Position numbers and translations under genes: made by a program
Source of the DNA: Candidatus Eiseniibacteriota bacterium
GTDB taxonomy: Bacteria; Eisenbacteria; RBG-16-71-46
Reading direction: 5' to 3'
Assembly (NCBI GenBank): GCA_963717935.1
Contig: CAVQXP010000004.1
Coordinates: 192,001 to 256,000, forward strand
DNA: 64,000 nucleotides
Part shown: positions 10,756 through 20,923 of the stretch, one piece after another
Layout of the letters: each line of letters starts with the position of its first letter
Position numbering within the stretch: position 1 is the first letter of the stretch
The notes under the pieces: model-generated
Told to the model about the DNA's origin: nothing
Databases searched by the model: none
The model's input: the letters and a program-made list of their open reading frames with translations, nothing else

Positions 10756-13700
10756 ATGTTCCTGAGCGATCTCTCCATCAAGAAACCGGTCCTCGCGACC
10801 ATGCTGATCCTGGCGCTGGTCGTGCTCGGGCTGTTCTCGCTCCGCCGTCTCGCCATCGACCAGTGGCCGAACGTGGACTTCCCGTTCGTCTCCATCCAGA
10901 CCTACTACCGGGGCGCGTCCCCCGAGGTGGTCGAGCGCGAGGTCACGAAGAAGATCGAGGAGGCGGTCAACTCGACCGAGGGCGTCAAGACCGTGCAGTC
11001 GGTGTCCACCGAGGGATACTCGATGATCTTCATCGAGTTCCGGCTCGGCATCAAGGTCATGAACGCACTGGCCGACGTGCGGGCCAAGGTGGACGCCATC
11101 CGCGCGGACCTGCCCACCGACATCGACGCGCCGATCGTCCAGCGCTTCGACATCCAGAGCCTGCCCATCATGAGCTTCTCGGTCCGCGGCGAGGGCTGGG
11201 CGATGCGCGATCTCACGCGCCTCGCCGAAGAGACCATCAGCCGGCGCATCGAGAACATCCCCGGCGTCGGCAGCGTGACCGTGGTCGGCGGCCTGCGCCG
11301 GGAGATCCACCTCCTGCTGCTGCCCGACCGCATGAACGCCCTGGGCGTCTCGCCCGACATGGTGATGGCGGCCGTGCAACGCGAGAACGCCGACGTGCCC
11401 GCCGGCCGCGTGGAGAAGGGCGCGCGCGAGGACCTCGTGCGCATCAAGGGCCGCATCAAGGATCCCAAGGACTTCGCCAACGTGGTCGTGACCACGCGTG
11501 GCGGCGCCCCCATCCGCCTCAGCGACGTCGCCCGCGTCGAGGACGCGCAGGAGGAGGAGCGCGACGTCGCATACGTGGACGGCGAGCGCACCGTCGCCGT
11601 CGAGGTGCGCAAGATCTCGGGCGGCAACACCGTCCAGGTCGCGGACGAGGTGCACAAGGCCATCGTCGAGTTGAACCGCACGCTGCCGACCGGCGTGAAG
11701 ACCAAGATGATCTCCGACAACTCGACCTGGATCCGCAACTCGGTCGAGGACGTCGAGAAGACGCTGCTCGAGGGCGGACTGCTCACCGTGCTCATCGTCT
11801 TCATGTTCCTGAACTCGTGGCGCTCGACGGTCATCACCGGGCTCACGCTGCCGGTGTCGGTGATCTCGGCCTTCCTCGCCGTCTACGCGTTCGGCTTCAC
11901 GCTGAACATGATGACCCTGATGGCGCTGTCCCTGGCCATCGGCATCCTGATCGACGACGCGATCGTCGTGCGTGAGAACATCGTCCGACATCTCGAGCGA
12001 GGCGAGGACCACTTCACCGCCGCGCGCAAGGGCACCGACGAGATCGGCTTCGCCGTGCTCTCCACCTCGCTCTCGATCCTCGCGGTCTTCATCCCGGTGG
12101 CGTTCATGGGCGGCATCGTCGGCCGCATGTTCTTCCAGTTCGGCATCACCGTCGCCTTCGCCGTGGCGGTGTCGCTGTTCGCGTCGTTCACGCTGGACCC
12201 GATGCTGTCGTCGCGCTGGTACGACCCGGACGCCGAGGGCCGCAAGCACGGGGGCCCGATCGGGCACGTGCTCGAGAAGTTCAACAACGCCTTCGCCGGC
12301 GTTGGCGTGCGCTATCGGAGCCTGATCGGGTGGGCGCTGGCCCACCGCGGGCTGACCGTGGGCATCGCCGCCGCGTCCTTCGTCCTCGCGCTGGTCCTGC
12401 CGATGGTCGGGATCGTCGGCGGGGAGTTCATGCCCGACTCCGACGACGAGGAGGCCACGAGCGTGGACTTCGAGACCCCGGTGGGCTCGTCGCTGTCCTA
12501 CACCGAGGGCAAGGCGCAGGAGATCGTGCGCCACCTCAGGACCCTGCCCGAGGTCACCTACTGCTACACCACGATCGGCGGCAGCGCGCACAACAACTCG
12601 GTCAAGTCGGGGAGCATCTACGTGAAGCTCACCCCCAAGCACGAACGCCGGCGCTCGCAGATGCGGATCGAGCGCGACCTGCGCGCCAAGCTGCCGCATG
12701 TTCAGCGGCGTGAACGCCCGCATCCTCGTCCCGGGCTTCAGCGGCCACAGCGAGGCGCCGATCCAACTGCTGGTGCAGGGTCCCAACCTGGACGAACTGC
12801 GGCGCATCTCGGAGCAGGTCATGGCGACGATCAAGGACGTGCCCGGCCTGGTCGAGCTCAAGTCCACGCTCGAGCGGCAGAAGCCCGAGTGGGTGGTGGA
12901 CGTGGACCGCAAGCTCGCGGCGGACGTCGGCCTCTCGGTCGCGGCGATCGGCAATTCGCTGCGCCCGATCCTCGCCGGGCAGACCGTCGGGGACTGGGAG
13001 GACGAGAGCGGCGTGGCCAACGACGTCGTCGTGCGGCTCGCGCCGGAGTTCCGGACGTCGCGAGACCGACCTGACGAACATCCCCATCGCCACCGGCCAG
13101 GTGGACGGCCGCACCGGCCAGCCCGTGATGATCCCGCTCGGCCAGGTCGCGGGCCTTCGTTACGGCGGCGCCCCGAACCAGATCGACCGCCGCAACCTCG
13201 AGCGCGTCGCCACGATCGAGGGCAGCTACCAGGGTCGCGCGCTGACCGCCGTCGTGAGCGATGTGAACAAGCGCGTCAAGACGCTGAACCTGCCCCCGGG
13301 CTATCGCTTCAGCTTCGGCGGCGACCAGGAGATGTTCGCCGAGACCGTCGGCTACATGGTCGAGTCGCTCCTGCTGGCCATCGTGTTCATCTACCTGATC
13401 CTGGCCTCGCAGTTCGGCAGCTTCACCCAGCCGCTGGCCATCATGTTCTCGCTGCCGCTGGCGCTGTTCGGCGTCTCGCTGGGCCTCGCGCTGGGCCGCA
13501 GCTCGTTCAACATGATGAGCATGGTGGGCATCATCATGCTGATGGGCCTGGTGGTGAAGAACGCCATCCTGCTGGTGGACTTCGCCAACAAGGCCCGGGA
13601 CCGCGGCAGCGACCGCAAGCAGGCGCTGGTGGACGCGGGGCAGTTGCGGCTGCGGCCCATCGTCATGACCACGCTGGCCATGATCTTCGGCATGCTCCCG

Positions 13701-13964
13701 ACCGCGCTCGCGCTCGGGGCCGGCTCGGAGTTCCGCGCGCCGATGGCGTACGCCGTGATCGGCGGGCTCATCACCTCGACCCTGCTGACGCTCGTCGTCG
13801 TCCCGGTGGTCTACACCTACCTGGACGACTTCAGCGACTGGTTCGGGTCGTTCGCCATGCGCTTCACGAAATCGCCCGCGGAGTACGCGGAATATGTCGC
13901 GCGGCGCGGCAGACCCGCGGCCGGGAGGCCGGAGGAAGCGCCCGAGTCGACGACCGGGGCATAG
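10756..13964 (+). CDS. RND efflux permease, AcrB/MdtBC-like HAE1 (frameshifts near 12700 and 13070)
   Basis: [58 protein letters not shown]. Confidence 0.92.
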
Positions 13965-13986
13965 ACCGGGACCGCGTCCACGCGGT

Positions 13987-14018
13987 GGAGCCGGGCGGGC
14001 CATCCTCCGCCCGGCTCC
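13987..14018. terminator. Hairpin between convergent RND gene and mutY
   Basis: GGAGCCGGGCGG / CCGCCCGGCTCC 12-bp stem. Confidence 0.5.
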
Positions 14019-14073
14019 CTTCGTCCGGGACCGCGGCGGTCCTCCCCGGTCCCGCCCGGAGCGCGCGGGCGGG

Positions 14074-15135
14074 CTACGGGCCGATGCGCAGCCTTGCCAC
14101 CTTCCTCGCCAGCGCGGTGAGCGCCACGCCGGGCTTCCGCGGGTCGACCCAGCGCAGGCGCGCCGAGCGCGGCAGGGGAACGGCCAGCTCTCCGCGCCAC
14201 ACCTCGGCCGCGAGCGCGCGGTGGGTGATGGCGTAGCGGAGGGTCTCCCCCGCCGGCGCGAGCCGCGCGCGCAGGCCGAGCCCGGCGAGCCGCGCGTCCA
14301 GGGCCCGGCGCGCGGACCGGCGCGGCGCCAGCTCGACACCGGGCGGCTCCCACAATCCGGCGAGCAGCGGACCTTCGCGGCGCACGACGAGCATGCGACC
14401 CCGCCGCTCGATGAGCACGACCGCCTGCCGCACGTTCTCCCCCGCCCGTCTCAAGGGCACCGGCGGGAACTCCGCCACGCGGCCGAGCGCGAAGGCGCGG
14501 CACCAGCGGCGACACCGGGCACTCGCCGCAGCGCGGGGCCCGCGGGACGCAGACGGTCGCGCCCAGTTCCATCAGCGCCTGGTTCCAGTCGCCGGGCCGG
14601 CGCGCCGGGACCAGCGCGGCGGCCAGCGCCCACAGCACCTGCGCGCCCCGCGACGCGCGCAGCGCGCGCAAGCCGCGACAGAACGCGCGCCACGTTCCCG
14701 TCCAGCGCGGGAAGTGCGCGATCGAAGGCGATGGAGAGCACCGCTCCGGCCGTGTAGCGGCCGACCCCGGGCAGCCGGGCGAATGCCACGGGCTCGTCGG
14801 GCACGCGGCCCGCCGTGCTCGCGCACCACGAGGCGCGCCGCCTCGCGCAGATGGCGGGCGCGACGGTAGTAACCGAGCCCCGCCCAGGCGGTGAGCACGT
14901 CGGTCTCGCGGGCCCGGGCCAGCGATTCGAGGGTCGGGAAGCGTTCCAGGAACCCGTGGTAGTACGGCGCCACGGTGGTGACCCGGGTCTGCTGGAGCAT
15001 CACCTCGGAGAGCCAGACCCGGTAGGGGTCGCGCTCGCCGCGCCACGGCAGCGAACGGCGGTGACCGTCGTACCAGCGCAGGAGCGCGCGGCGCAGTGCG
15101 GGATCCGACGCGCCGCCGGGAGTCTCATGCGGCAT
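14074..15135 (-). CDS. mutY: A/G-specific adenine glycosylase (frameshifted)
   Basis: RSLPWR...[61 protein letters not shown]6-CGECP, NUDIX-like C-terminus. Confidence 0.92.
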
Positions 15136-15184
15136 GGGCAGGCTCCGGCCGGCGCGGGCGCCGGGCGCGGTGCGCGGGCCGGCC

Positions 15185-15253
15185 CGGGGGTCGGAGATGG
15201 TCGTGGGCGAGCAGAGGCACCATGCGCTCGCCCACGACCATCTCCGACCCCCG
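15185..15253. repeat. Perfect 28-bp inverted repeat with 13-nt loop
   Basis: CGGGGGTCGGAGATGGTCGTGGGCGAGC (15185-15212) and its exact reverse complement (15226-15253). Confidence 0.9.
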
Positions 15254-15258
15254 CTGTC

Positions 15259-15462
15259 TCAGCGCTTCGACTGCAGGGGCCCGACGGGAGCGTCCTTGAG
15301 ATTCGGCGTCCTGGTCTGTGCGCCCGTCCACGCGCAGGTCAGCGGGTTGCCGCAGCGCGGACAGGGAATCTTCGCATCGGCGCCTTCGTCGGCGGTGGGC
15401 ATCCAGCGCTCCACCTTCACCTGGCAGCCGGGCACATGGCAGAGGTATACGCAGAGAGGCAT
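15259..15462 (-). CDS. Small Zn-ribbon protein (FmdB-like)
   Basis: MPLCVYLCHVPGC...IPCPRCG; GGAG RBS upstream. Confidence 0.65.
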   Translation of the reverse strand: MPLCVYLCHVPGCQVKVERWMPTADEGADAKIPCPRCGNPLTCAWTGAQTRTPNLKDAPVGPLQSKR

Positions 15463-15715
15463 CGCTTCGTCTCCCATCGAACGCTCGCCGGCGGGCCGCC
15501 ACGGCCCGCCCGGCCACCGCGACATGATAGCCGAACGGCGCCGCGTCTGCCGCGGGACGGCGGGCGCGGAGCCCGGCAGGAGGGTCCCGCGGGCACGCTC
15601 GGCTCCGCTTCCCGCTGCGCCTCGCTCTTCCTCGCCGGGCTCCGCCGGTCCCTGGCTCCACCCGGCTCCGGGCGGCCTCGCGGGATCCTCCTGCCGGGCC
15701 CCGCGCCCGCGGGCC

Positions 15716-16724
15716 TCAGTTCAGCTCCCTCGCCAGCCACCGCAGGACGTTGAGGGCGAACTGCTGGTTGTCGTCGAGGTCCGGCCGGTTGAGGCCGATC
15801 CTCAGGCGGCTCTTCCTCATTCGCAGGGCGTCCGTTCCGAGCACGAACTGGGAGCCGAACATCGCCGCCTCGCCCAGCACCACCACGCGCCCCTTGCCGA
15901 AGCCGAACGCCACGCCCTGGAAACGATCGACCGCGGTCACGGCCCCGGGCGTGTTCACCGCCGACGTGGTGTCCGCCTTCCGGCGGGCCTCGAGGCTGGC
16001 TTCGCGCCGCGCGTCCGGGGTGAAGGGCAGGTCCAGGGCCGAGGGGCTGAGCACCAGCAGGCCCGGCTGCCCGGGCGGGCCCACCAGCGACTGGCCGGTG
16101 AAGGTCGCCACCCGATCGATGCGCTCGCTCTTGTCCCGCCCGCGCGTGATCGCGTGGTCGCCCAGCAGGCCCAGGGCGCGCGTGAAGAGGATGCAGCCCA
16201 TGTTCCCGGTCTCGGGGTCCACGCGGCGCGTGTCCACCGTGTAGCTCTTGCCCATGTCCACGCCGAAGCGGACGGCAAGGCTGTCCATCGCCGAGGCGAA
16301 GGGCGCGTGGTCGGCGATGAGGAGGAGCGAGCCTCCCGCCCTTCACCCAGTCGCGCACCACGTCGCACTCGGCGATCCGGATGGCGTTCTCGCGGGCGGC
16401 CGGGCCGTTCAGGTCCCGCGCGCCGAGCGCGTCGGCCACGATCAGCACCTGGCAGGCCTCGAGCAACTGGGGCGAGAACGCCTGCCCGCCGGAGATCACG
16501 TTCAGGCCATCCTGCGAGAGCAGGTTCGCGAAGGTACGGTAGAGCCCGTTCCGGGTGAAGTGGTTCCCGTGGGCTTCGTCGATCATCACGACCGGCCGGC
16601 GGGCGGTGAAGGCCGGCTTCGCGACCTTCGGGACGAAGGTGGTGTCTTCCACCTGGCTCTGGGAGCGGGCGGGCACGGCGGCGACGGCGAGCAGCAGCAG
16701 GGCGAAGAGGAACGTGCGTCCCAT
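15716..16724 (-). CDS. Exported DUF4350/GATase-like domain protein (frameshift near 16340)
   Basis: Signal peptide MGRTFLFALLLLAVAAVPARS; IDEAHGNHFT; GGSLLLIADHAPF; GKGRVVVLGEAAMF; NQQFALNVLRWL. Confidence 0.65.
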
Positions 16725-16947
16725 GCGGTGGATCCCTCTCTGGCGGCGCGAAACGCACAGCCGGTTCGTGGACAGTCTAGCCACTCGGACCGGACCGGAT
16801 GTCGAGAATCGGTCAACAAGGATACATGCGGCGTCCGGCGGGCCGAAGTCGGCCCGGCCGGCCACGGCCGCGCCCGCTGCAGCGCGGCTCCCGCTTGAGG
16901 CGGCCGGGGCGCGCCGATTATGCTCTTCCGGCTCAGGAGCCCATCCC

Positions 16948-17946
16948 ATGCCCACCGTCGGCACCCTCATAGACCCGCAGGGCCGCGTCCTCCGCGATCT
17001 TCGCATCTCGGTCACGGACCGCTGCAACCTGCGTTGCGTCTACTGCATGCCCCTCGAGGGCATCGCCTGGCTGCCCCGGACGGACGTGCTCACCTACGAG
17101 GAGATCGTCCGCGCGGCCCGCCTCGCCATCGGGCTCGGCGTGACCAGCATCCGGCTCACCGGCGGTGAGCCGACGGTGCGCGCCGGCCTGGAGGTGCTGG
17201 TGCGCGCGCTCCGCGACCTCGACCCGGCGCTCGACCTCTCGCTGACGACGAACGGCCTCAAGCTCGCGACGATGGCCGGGGCCCTGCGCCAGGCCGGGCT
17301 CACGCGCATCAACGTGAGCCTCGACACGCTCGACCGCGCACGCTTCCAGAGAATCGCCCGGCGCGACAGCCTCCCCGAGATCCTCGCGGGCCTCGAAGCC
17401 GCGAAGCGCGCGGGCTTCTCCCCCATCAAGGTCAACGCCGTGTTGATGCGCGGGTTCAACGAGGACGAGGCCGTGCCGCTCGCGCGCTGGGCCCGCGAAC
17501 AGGGCTTCGAGCTGCGCTTCGTCGAATGGATGCCGCTCGATTCGCAGCGCTCGTGGTCCACCGAGCGGCTGGTCCCGGCGGCGGAGATCCTGGCCGGGCT
17601 CGAGGCCGCGTTCCCGCTCGAGCCGGTGCCGGGCCCGGACCCGAGCGCCCCCGCCGAACTCCATCGCTATCGTGACGGAGGAGGCACGGTGGGCGTCGTC
17701 GCCTCGGTGACCCGCCCCTTCTGCGAGCGCTGCGACCGCATCCGGCTCACGGCCGACGGGCAGATCCGCACCTGCCTCTTCGCGCACGAGGAGCACGACC
17801 TCCGCGGGGCCCTGCGCCACGGTGCGAGCGACGAGGAGATCGCCACCCTGCTGAAGGCGGCGGCGTGGCGCAAGGAACCAGGGCACCTCATCAACAACCC
17901 GGCGTTCCTGCAGCCCGCCCGCGGGATGAGCGCGATCGGCGGCTGA
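16948..17946 (+). CDS. moaA: GTP 3',8-cyclase (molybdenum cofactor biosynthesis)
   Basis: LRISVTDRCNLRCVYCMP, RLTGGEP, FCERCDRIRLTADG..RTCL, C-terminal MSAIGG. Confidence 0.96.
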   Translation: MPTVGTLIDPQGRVLRDLRISVTDRCNLRCVYCMPLEGIAWLPRTDVLTYEEIVRAARLAIGLGVTSIRLTGGEPTVRAGLEVLVRALRDLDPALDLSLTTNGLKLATMAGALRQAGLTRINVSLDTLDRARFQRIARRDSLPEILAGLEAAKRAGFSPIKVNAVLMRGFNEDEAVPLARWAREQGFELRFVEWMPLDSQRSWSTERLVPAAEILAGLEAAFPLEPVPGPDPSAPAELHRYRDGGGTVGVVASVTRPFCERCDRIRLTADGQIRTCLFAHEEHDLRGALRHGASDEEIATLLKAAAWRKEPGHLINNPAFLQPARGMSAIGG

Positions 17947-17979
17947 GAGCGGAAGGATCGCCCCGGCCGCCGCCCGGGA

Positions 17980-18966
17980 CTACGGTGCCCCGCCTGGCGC
18001 CGGCCTCACCCCCAGGAACACGACTTCCTCCTCGAGCGTGACGCCGAAGCGCTCGCGAACCCGCGACTTCATCTCCTCCGCCAGCGCGAGCACGTCCGCG
18101 GCGGTCGCCTGGCCCGCGTTCACGATGATGTTCGCGTGCCTCGCGAAGACCACGGCGTCGCCCACGCGCAGGCCGCGGCAGCCGCACTCTTCGAGCAGCT
18201 GCCCCGCGGCCACGCGGCGCGTGCCGGGTGAGTGCTTCGCCCCCGGCACCTGCCAGTCGGGCGGCAGGTTCTTGAAGTACGAGCCCGCCGTGGGCTCGGA
18301 GCGCCACTCGGGGTGCTTCACCCGGCGGATCTCGAGCCTCTCGTCGAACTCGCGCTGGATGGCCGCACGCTCGCCAGGCGCCAGCTGCAGCCGGCACGAG
18401 AGCAGCACGCGCGGGTCGCGCTTGAGGCGCGAGTCCCGGTAGCCGAACTCGTACCAGGCCGCCGGCTGCGTCTCGATCGTCGCGCCGTCGGGAGTGGCGT
18501 GGATGCAGTCGATGACATGGGAACCGATGTCCCGGCCGTAGCAGCCGGCGTTGCCATGGAGCGCGCCGCCGATCGTGCCCGGGATGCCCGCCGCGAACTC
18601 GAGCCCGGCGAGCGAGCGGTCGCGGCAGCGCTCGATGAAGCCGAGGAGATCCGCGCCACAGCCCACGTGGGCCACCGCACCCTCGAACTCGACCTCCTCG
18701 CAGGCGTTCCGGATGACGAGCCCGCGCAGCCCCGCGTCCGACACGAGCAGGTTGCTGCCACCGCCGAGAAGGAAGACCGGCAGGCCCAGCTCGTGGCCGG
18801 CCCGCAGCGCGGCCACCAGGCGCTCGGGGTCGCGGGCGACGTAGAAGAAGTCGGCGGGGCCGCCGATGCGGAAGGTGGTGTGGAGCCGCAGCGGCTCCGC
18901 CCTCCGCAGTCCGCCGCCGAGTGTTCGCTGCAGGCGGTCATCGAGGTTCGGGGCGGGGCCAGCCAT
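17980..18966 (-). CDS. murB: UDP-N-acetylenolpyruvoylglucosamine reductase
   Basis: HTTFRIGGPA, LGGGSNLLVSD, GIPGTIGGA..GNAG, PTAGSYFKN, HANIIVN. The ORF track labels this ORF '+', but the protein reads on the minus strand. Confidence 0.95.
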   Translation of the reverse strand: MAGPAPNLDDRLQRTLGGGLRRAEPLRLHTTFRIGGPADFFYVARDPERLVAALRAGHELGLPVFLLGGGSNLLVSDAGLRGLVIRNACEEVEFEGAVAHVGCGADLLGFIERCRDRSLAGLEFAAGIPGTIGGALHGNAGCYGRDIGSHVIDCIHATPDGATIETQPAAWYEFGYRDSRLKRDPRVLLSCRLQLAPGERAAIQREFDERLEIRRVKHPEWRSEPTAGSYFKNLPPDWQVPGAKHSPGTRRVAAGQLLEECGCRGLRVGDAVVFARHANIIVNAGQATAADVLALAEEMKSRVRERFGVTLEEEVVFLGVRPAPGGAP

Positions 18967-19074
18967 GCGCGGATCTCCGGGGTCAAGCCGTGGGAGCCGA
19001 TGGCCCCGGGACGGCCGGTGCAAGGGTCGCATCTTAGTCCGTCGCGCATGCGCACGGAAAGTCGTGCGGAACGG

Positions 19075-19235
19075 CGGCGGAGCGCAGACAGGGCCGGGAG
19101 ACGGCTAAGTACGGACACGCTCGCCTCCCGGCCCTGTCTGCGCTCCACCGCGGGCGTTGGCAGAACCAGGAGACGGCCAGGCACGGACACGCTCGCCTCC
19201 CGGCCCTGTCTGTGCTCCGCCGCGGGCGTTGGCAG
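19075..19235. repeat. Tandem ~67-bp duplication (period 72) plus an inverted partial copy
   Basis: 19097-19163 and 19169-19235 nearly identical; 19075-19100 is the reverse complement of their core CTCCCGGCCCTGTCTGYGCTCCRCCG. Confidence 0.85.
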
Positions 19236-19296
19236 GGGGCCCCGGGGCGCGCTTATAGTGTCTCCAGGAGACGTTCACGCACCCGAAGGAGGCGGC

Positions 19297-19524
19297 ATGA
19301 GCAGGCTGACGATCACCTACTGCGATCAGTGAGGGTACCTGCCCAGGGCTGCCGGTCTGGCGGCCGAGATCCGTGGTGCCAGGGGCATCGAGGCCGAGCT
19401 GGTGAAGAGCTCCGGTGGCATCTTCGACGTCGTCCTCGACGGAGCGACCCTCTTCTCGAAGCACGAGACCGGGCGGTTCCCCGAGCCGGGTGAAGTGCTG
19501 GATCTGATTCCCGCCACACCCTGA
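19297..19524 (+). CDS. Rdx (SelW/SelT/SelH) family selenoprotein, CxxU
   Basis: AAGGAGG RBS; MSRLTITYCDQ-TGA(19330-19332)-GYLPRAAGLAAEI...SSGGIFDVVLDGATLFSKHETGRFPEPGEV; SECIS-like hairpin follows the TGA. Confidence 0.92.
19333..19368 (+). promoter_or_regulatory. Bacterial SECIS-like element
   Basis: GGCTGCC-GGTCT-GGCGGCC stem-loop with G-starting apical loop, beginning ~14 nt after the in-frame TGA. Confidence 0.75.
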
Positions 19525-19569
19525 CCCGCCACCTGCGCACGGGGCAGGTGGCGAGGGCGCGGCGGGCTC

Positions 19570-20034
19570 TCAGCCTCCCGCCTCCAGCTCCCCCACCGCC
19601 TGCTCCGCGCGCTTGCACAACCCGGGCAGCGCGTCGCGCACCGCGGGCGTCATGGCGCCGCCGATGGTGAACGGGTCCAGCACCTCGACCGCGATGATCC
19701 GCAGCTTCTGCGGGAAGTGCAGCCCGAGACGCCCGGCGAGGTCGAGCATCTCGGGAAAACCCGCGAAATGCGGCGAGGGATTCTGAACGCGGGCCAGCGT
19801 GCCGGCGGCGATCTCGTGGACCGTCCCGACGGGACGCGAGCCGGTGCAGGCGGCGTCGAGCACGACCGCGGCGTCGTAGCCCGCCAGCACGTCGAGCAGG
19901 GCCAGTCCGTGCAGCGCCGTGGCCTCGACGTCGGCCCGGCCTGCCAGGCGCGGCCCGAGTTCCTTCACGGCCAGGTGGCCGATGGCGTCGTCCGCCAGCA
20001 GGTCGTTGCCCAGCCCCAGCACGAGGATCTTCAT
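19570..20034 (-). CDS. Hydrogenase maturation protease (HycI/HoxW/HybD family)
   Basis: MKILVLGLGNDLLADDAIG, VVLDA, SPH. Confidence 0.92.
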   Translation of the reverse strand: MKILVLGLGNDLLADDAIGHLAVKELGPRLAGRADVEATALHGLALLDVLAGYDAAVVLDAACTGSRPVGTVHEIAAGTLARVQNPSPHFAGFPEMLDLAGRLGLHFPQKLRIIAVEVLDPFTIGGAMTPAVRDALPGLCKRAEQAVGELEAGG

Positions 20035-20047
20035 GGAGCGGGCGACC

Positions 20048-20769
20048 TCAGGCCCGGCCGCGCGTGGACTGCAGGCTCTTCCAGAACGGCCTGTGCAGGA
20101 AGCTCCGTTCGTCGAGCGCGCAGAGGCGCTGGAACAGCGGCAGGTTGACGGTGAAGGCGAGCATGTCGGCCGGAAGGTAGCTTGCGCATCGCCGCGTCGG
20201 TGGCGCCGATGACGGCCTGCGGCACGTCGCCCGAGCCGGGCGGACCGAGCAGCTGCAGGCAGCCCGAGCCGAACGGCGCCGTGACCGGCGCCGCCTGGTC
20301 CGGCCCCACGTCGTAGTTCGCCCCGAGGATGAGCGCGGAGAGACGGTCGGGGTCCACGAGGAACGTGACCGTCTTCAGGTACGCCTCCTGGCCCGGATGC
20401 AGCGGACCGATGAGCAGGTTCGCGTGCTCCGGATGATAGACCTGCCGCCACTCGACCCACCGCATCATGGTCTCGCGGTGACGCTTCAGACCCTCCTCCT
20501 CCACCAGGAAGGTCACCAGGTCCTCGCGTGAGCGCTCCTCCACGCCGAACAGGCAGGAGCCCGCGCCGCGGCAGCCGTAGCCGTCCCTCGTCAGGTGGAG
20601 CGTGCGGCCCCGCAGCCAGTCCTTGTAGAACGCGAACACGCACGCGCGCACGCGCGGCGCCGGGCGCACGCACGGCTCGAACGGCGCGGGGTCCGGAGCG
20701 TCGTACAGACCGATCGGCGGGCGTCTCGAGCCCCAGGTTGTCCAGCAGGCGGGTGGGATCCGGCTGCAT
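20048..20769 (-). CDS. DUF169 family protein (frameshifts near 20720 and 20180)
   Basis: IGLYDAPDP, ACVF, YGCRGAG, VTFLVDPDRLSAL, APFGSGC, AVIGATD. Confidence 0.65.
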
Positions 20770-20923
20770 GGCGACCTCCTTCTGCGATTCCCCGATGGCG
20801 AGAGCCGCCTCCGGCGCGAGCGCCCCGGCGACGGCTCCCGAAACACCGGCCGGCCACCGCGCGGGGTGCGGCCCCGGACCTGCGAAGATCCGCAGGTGCC
20901 CCGCAGCGGCGCCGGCCTTCCCT

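Noticed and set aside
10369..13020. Long antisense ORFs (this one and 25651-27612, 28965-31013, 31783-34449, 37275-39269, 57677-59485)
   Set aside because: Shadow ORFs expected opposite high-GC genes; no motifs or RBS support.
19097..19235. Tandem repeat as a CRISPR array
   Set aside because: Only two ~67-bp units with no unique spacer of proper length, and no cas genes.
17980..19332. ORF-track strand labels in this interval (murB shown as '+')
   Set aside because: Direct reading shows murB on the minus strand; the label was not followed.
310..20769. Numerous frameshifts (rhomboid, symporter, TonB receptor, TolC, MFP, RND, mutY, DUF4350-like, DUF169) read as pseudogenes or programmed frameshifts
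   Set aside because: They are small indels, with motifs intact on both sides and no slippery sites noticed. They cluster regionally, while 21-42 kb and 44-64 kb are clean. This best fits long-read or low-coverage consensus error; read mapping would settle it.
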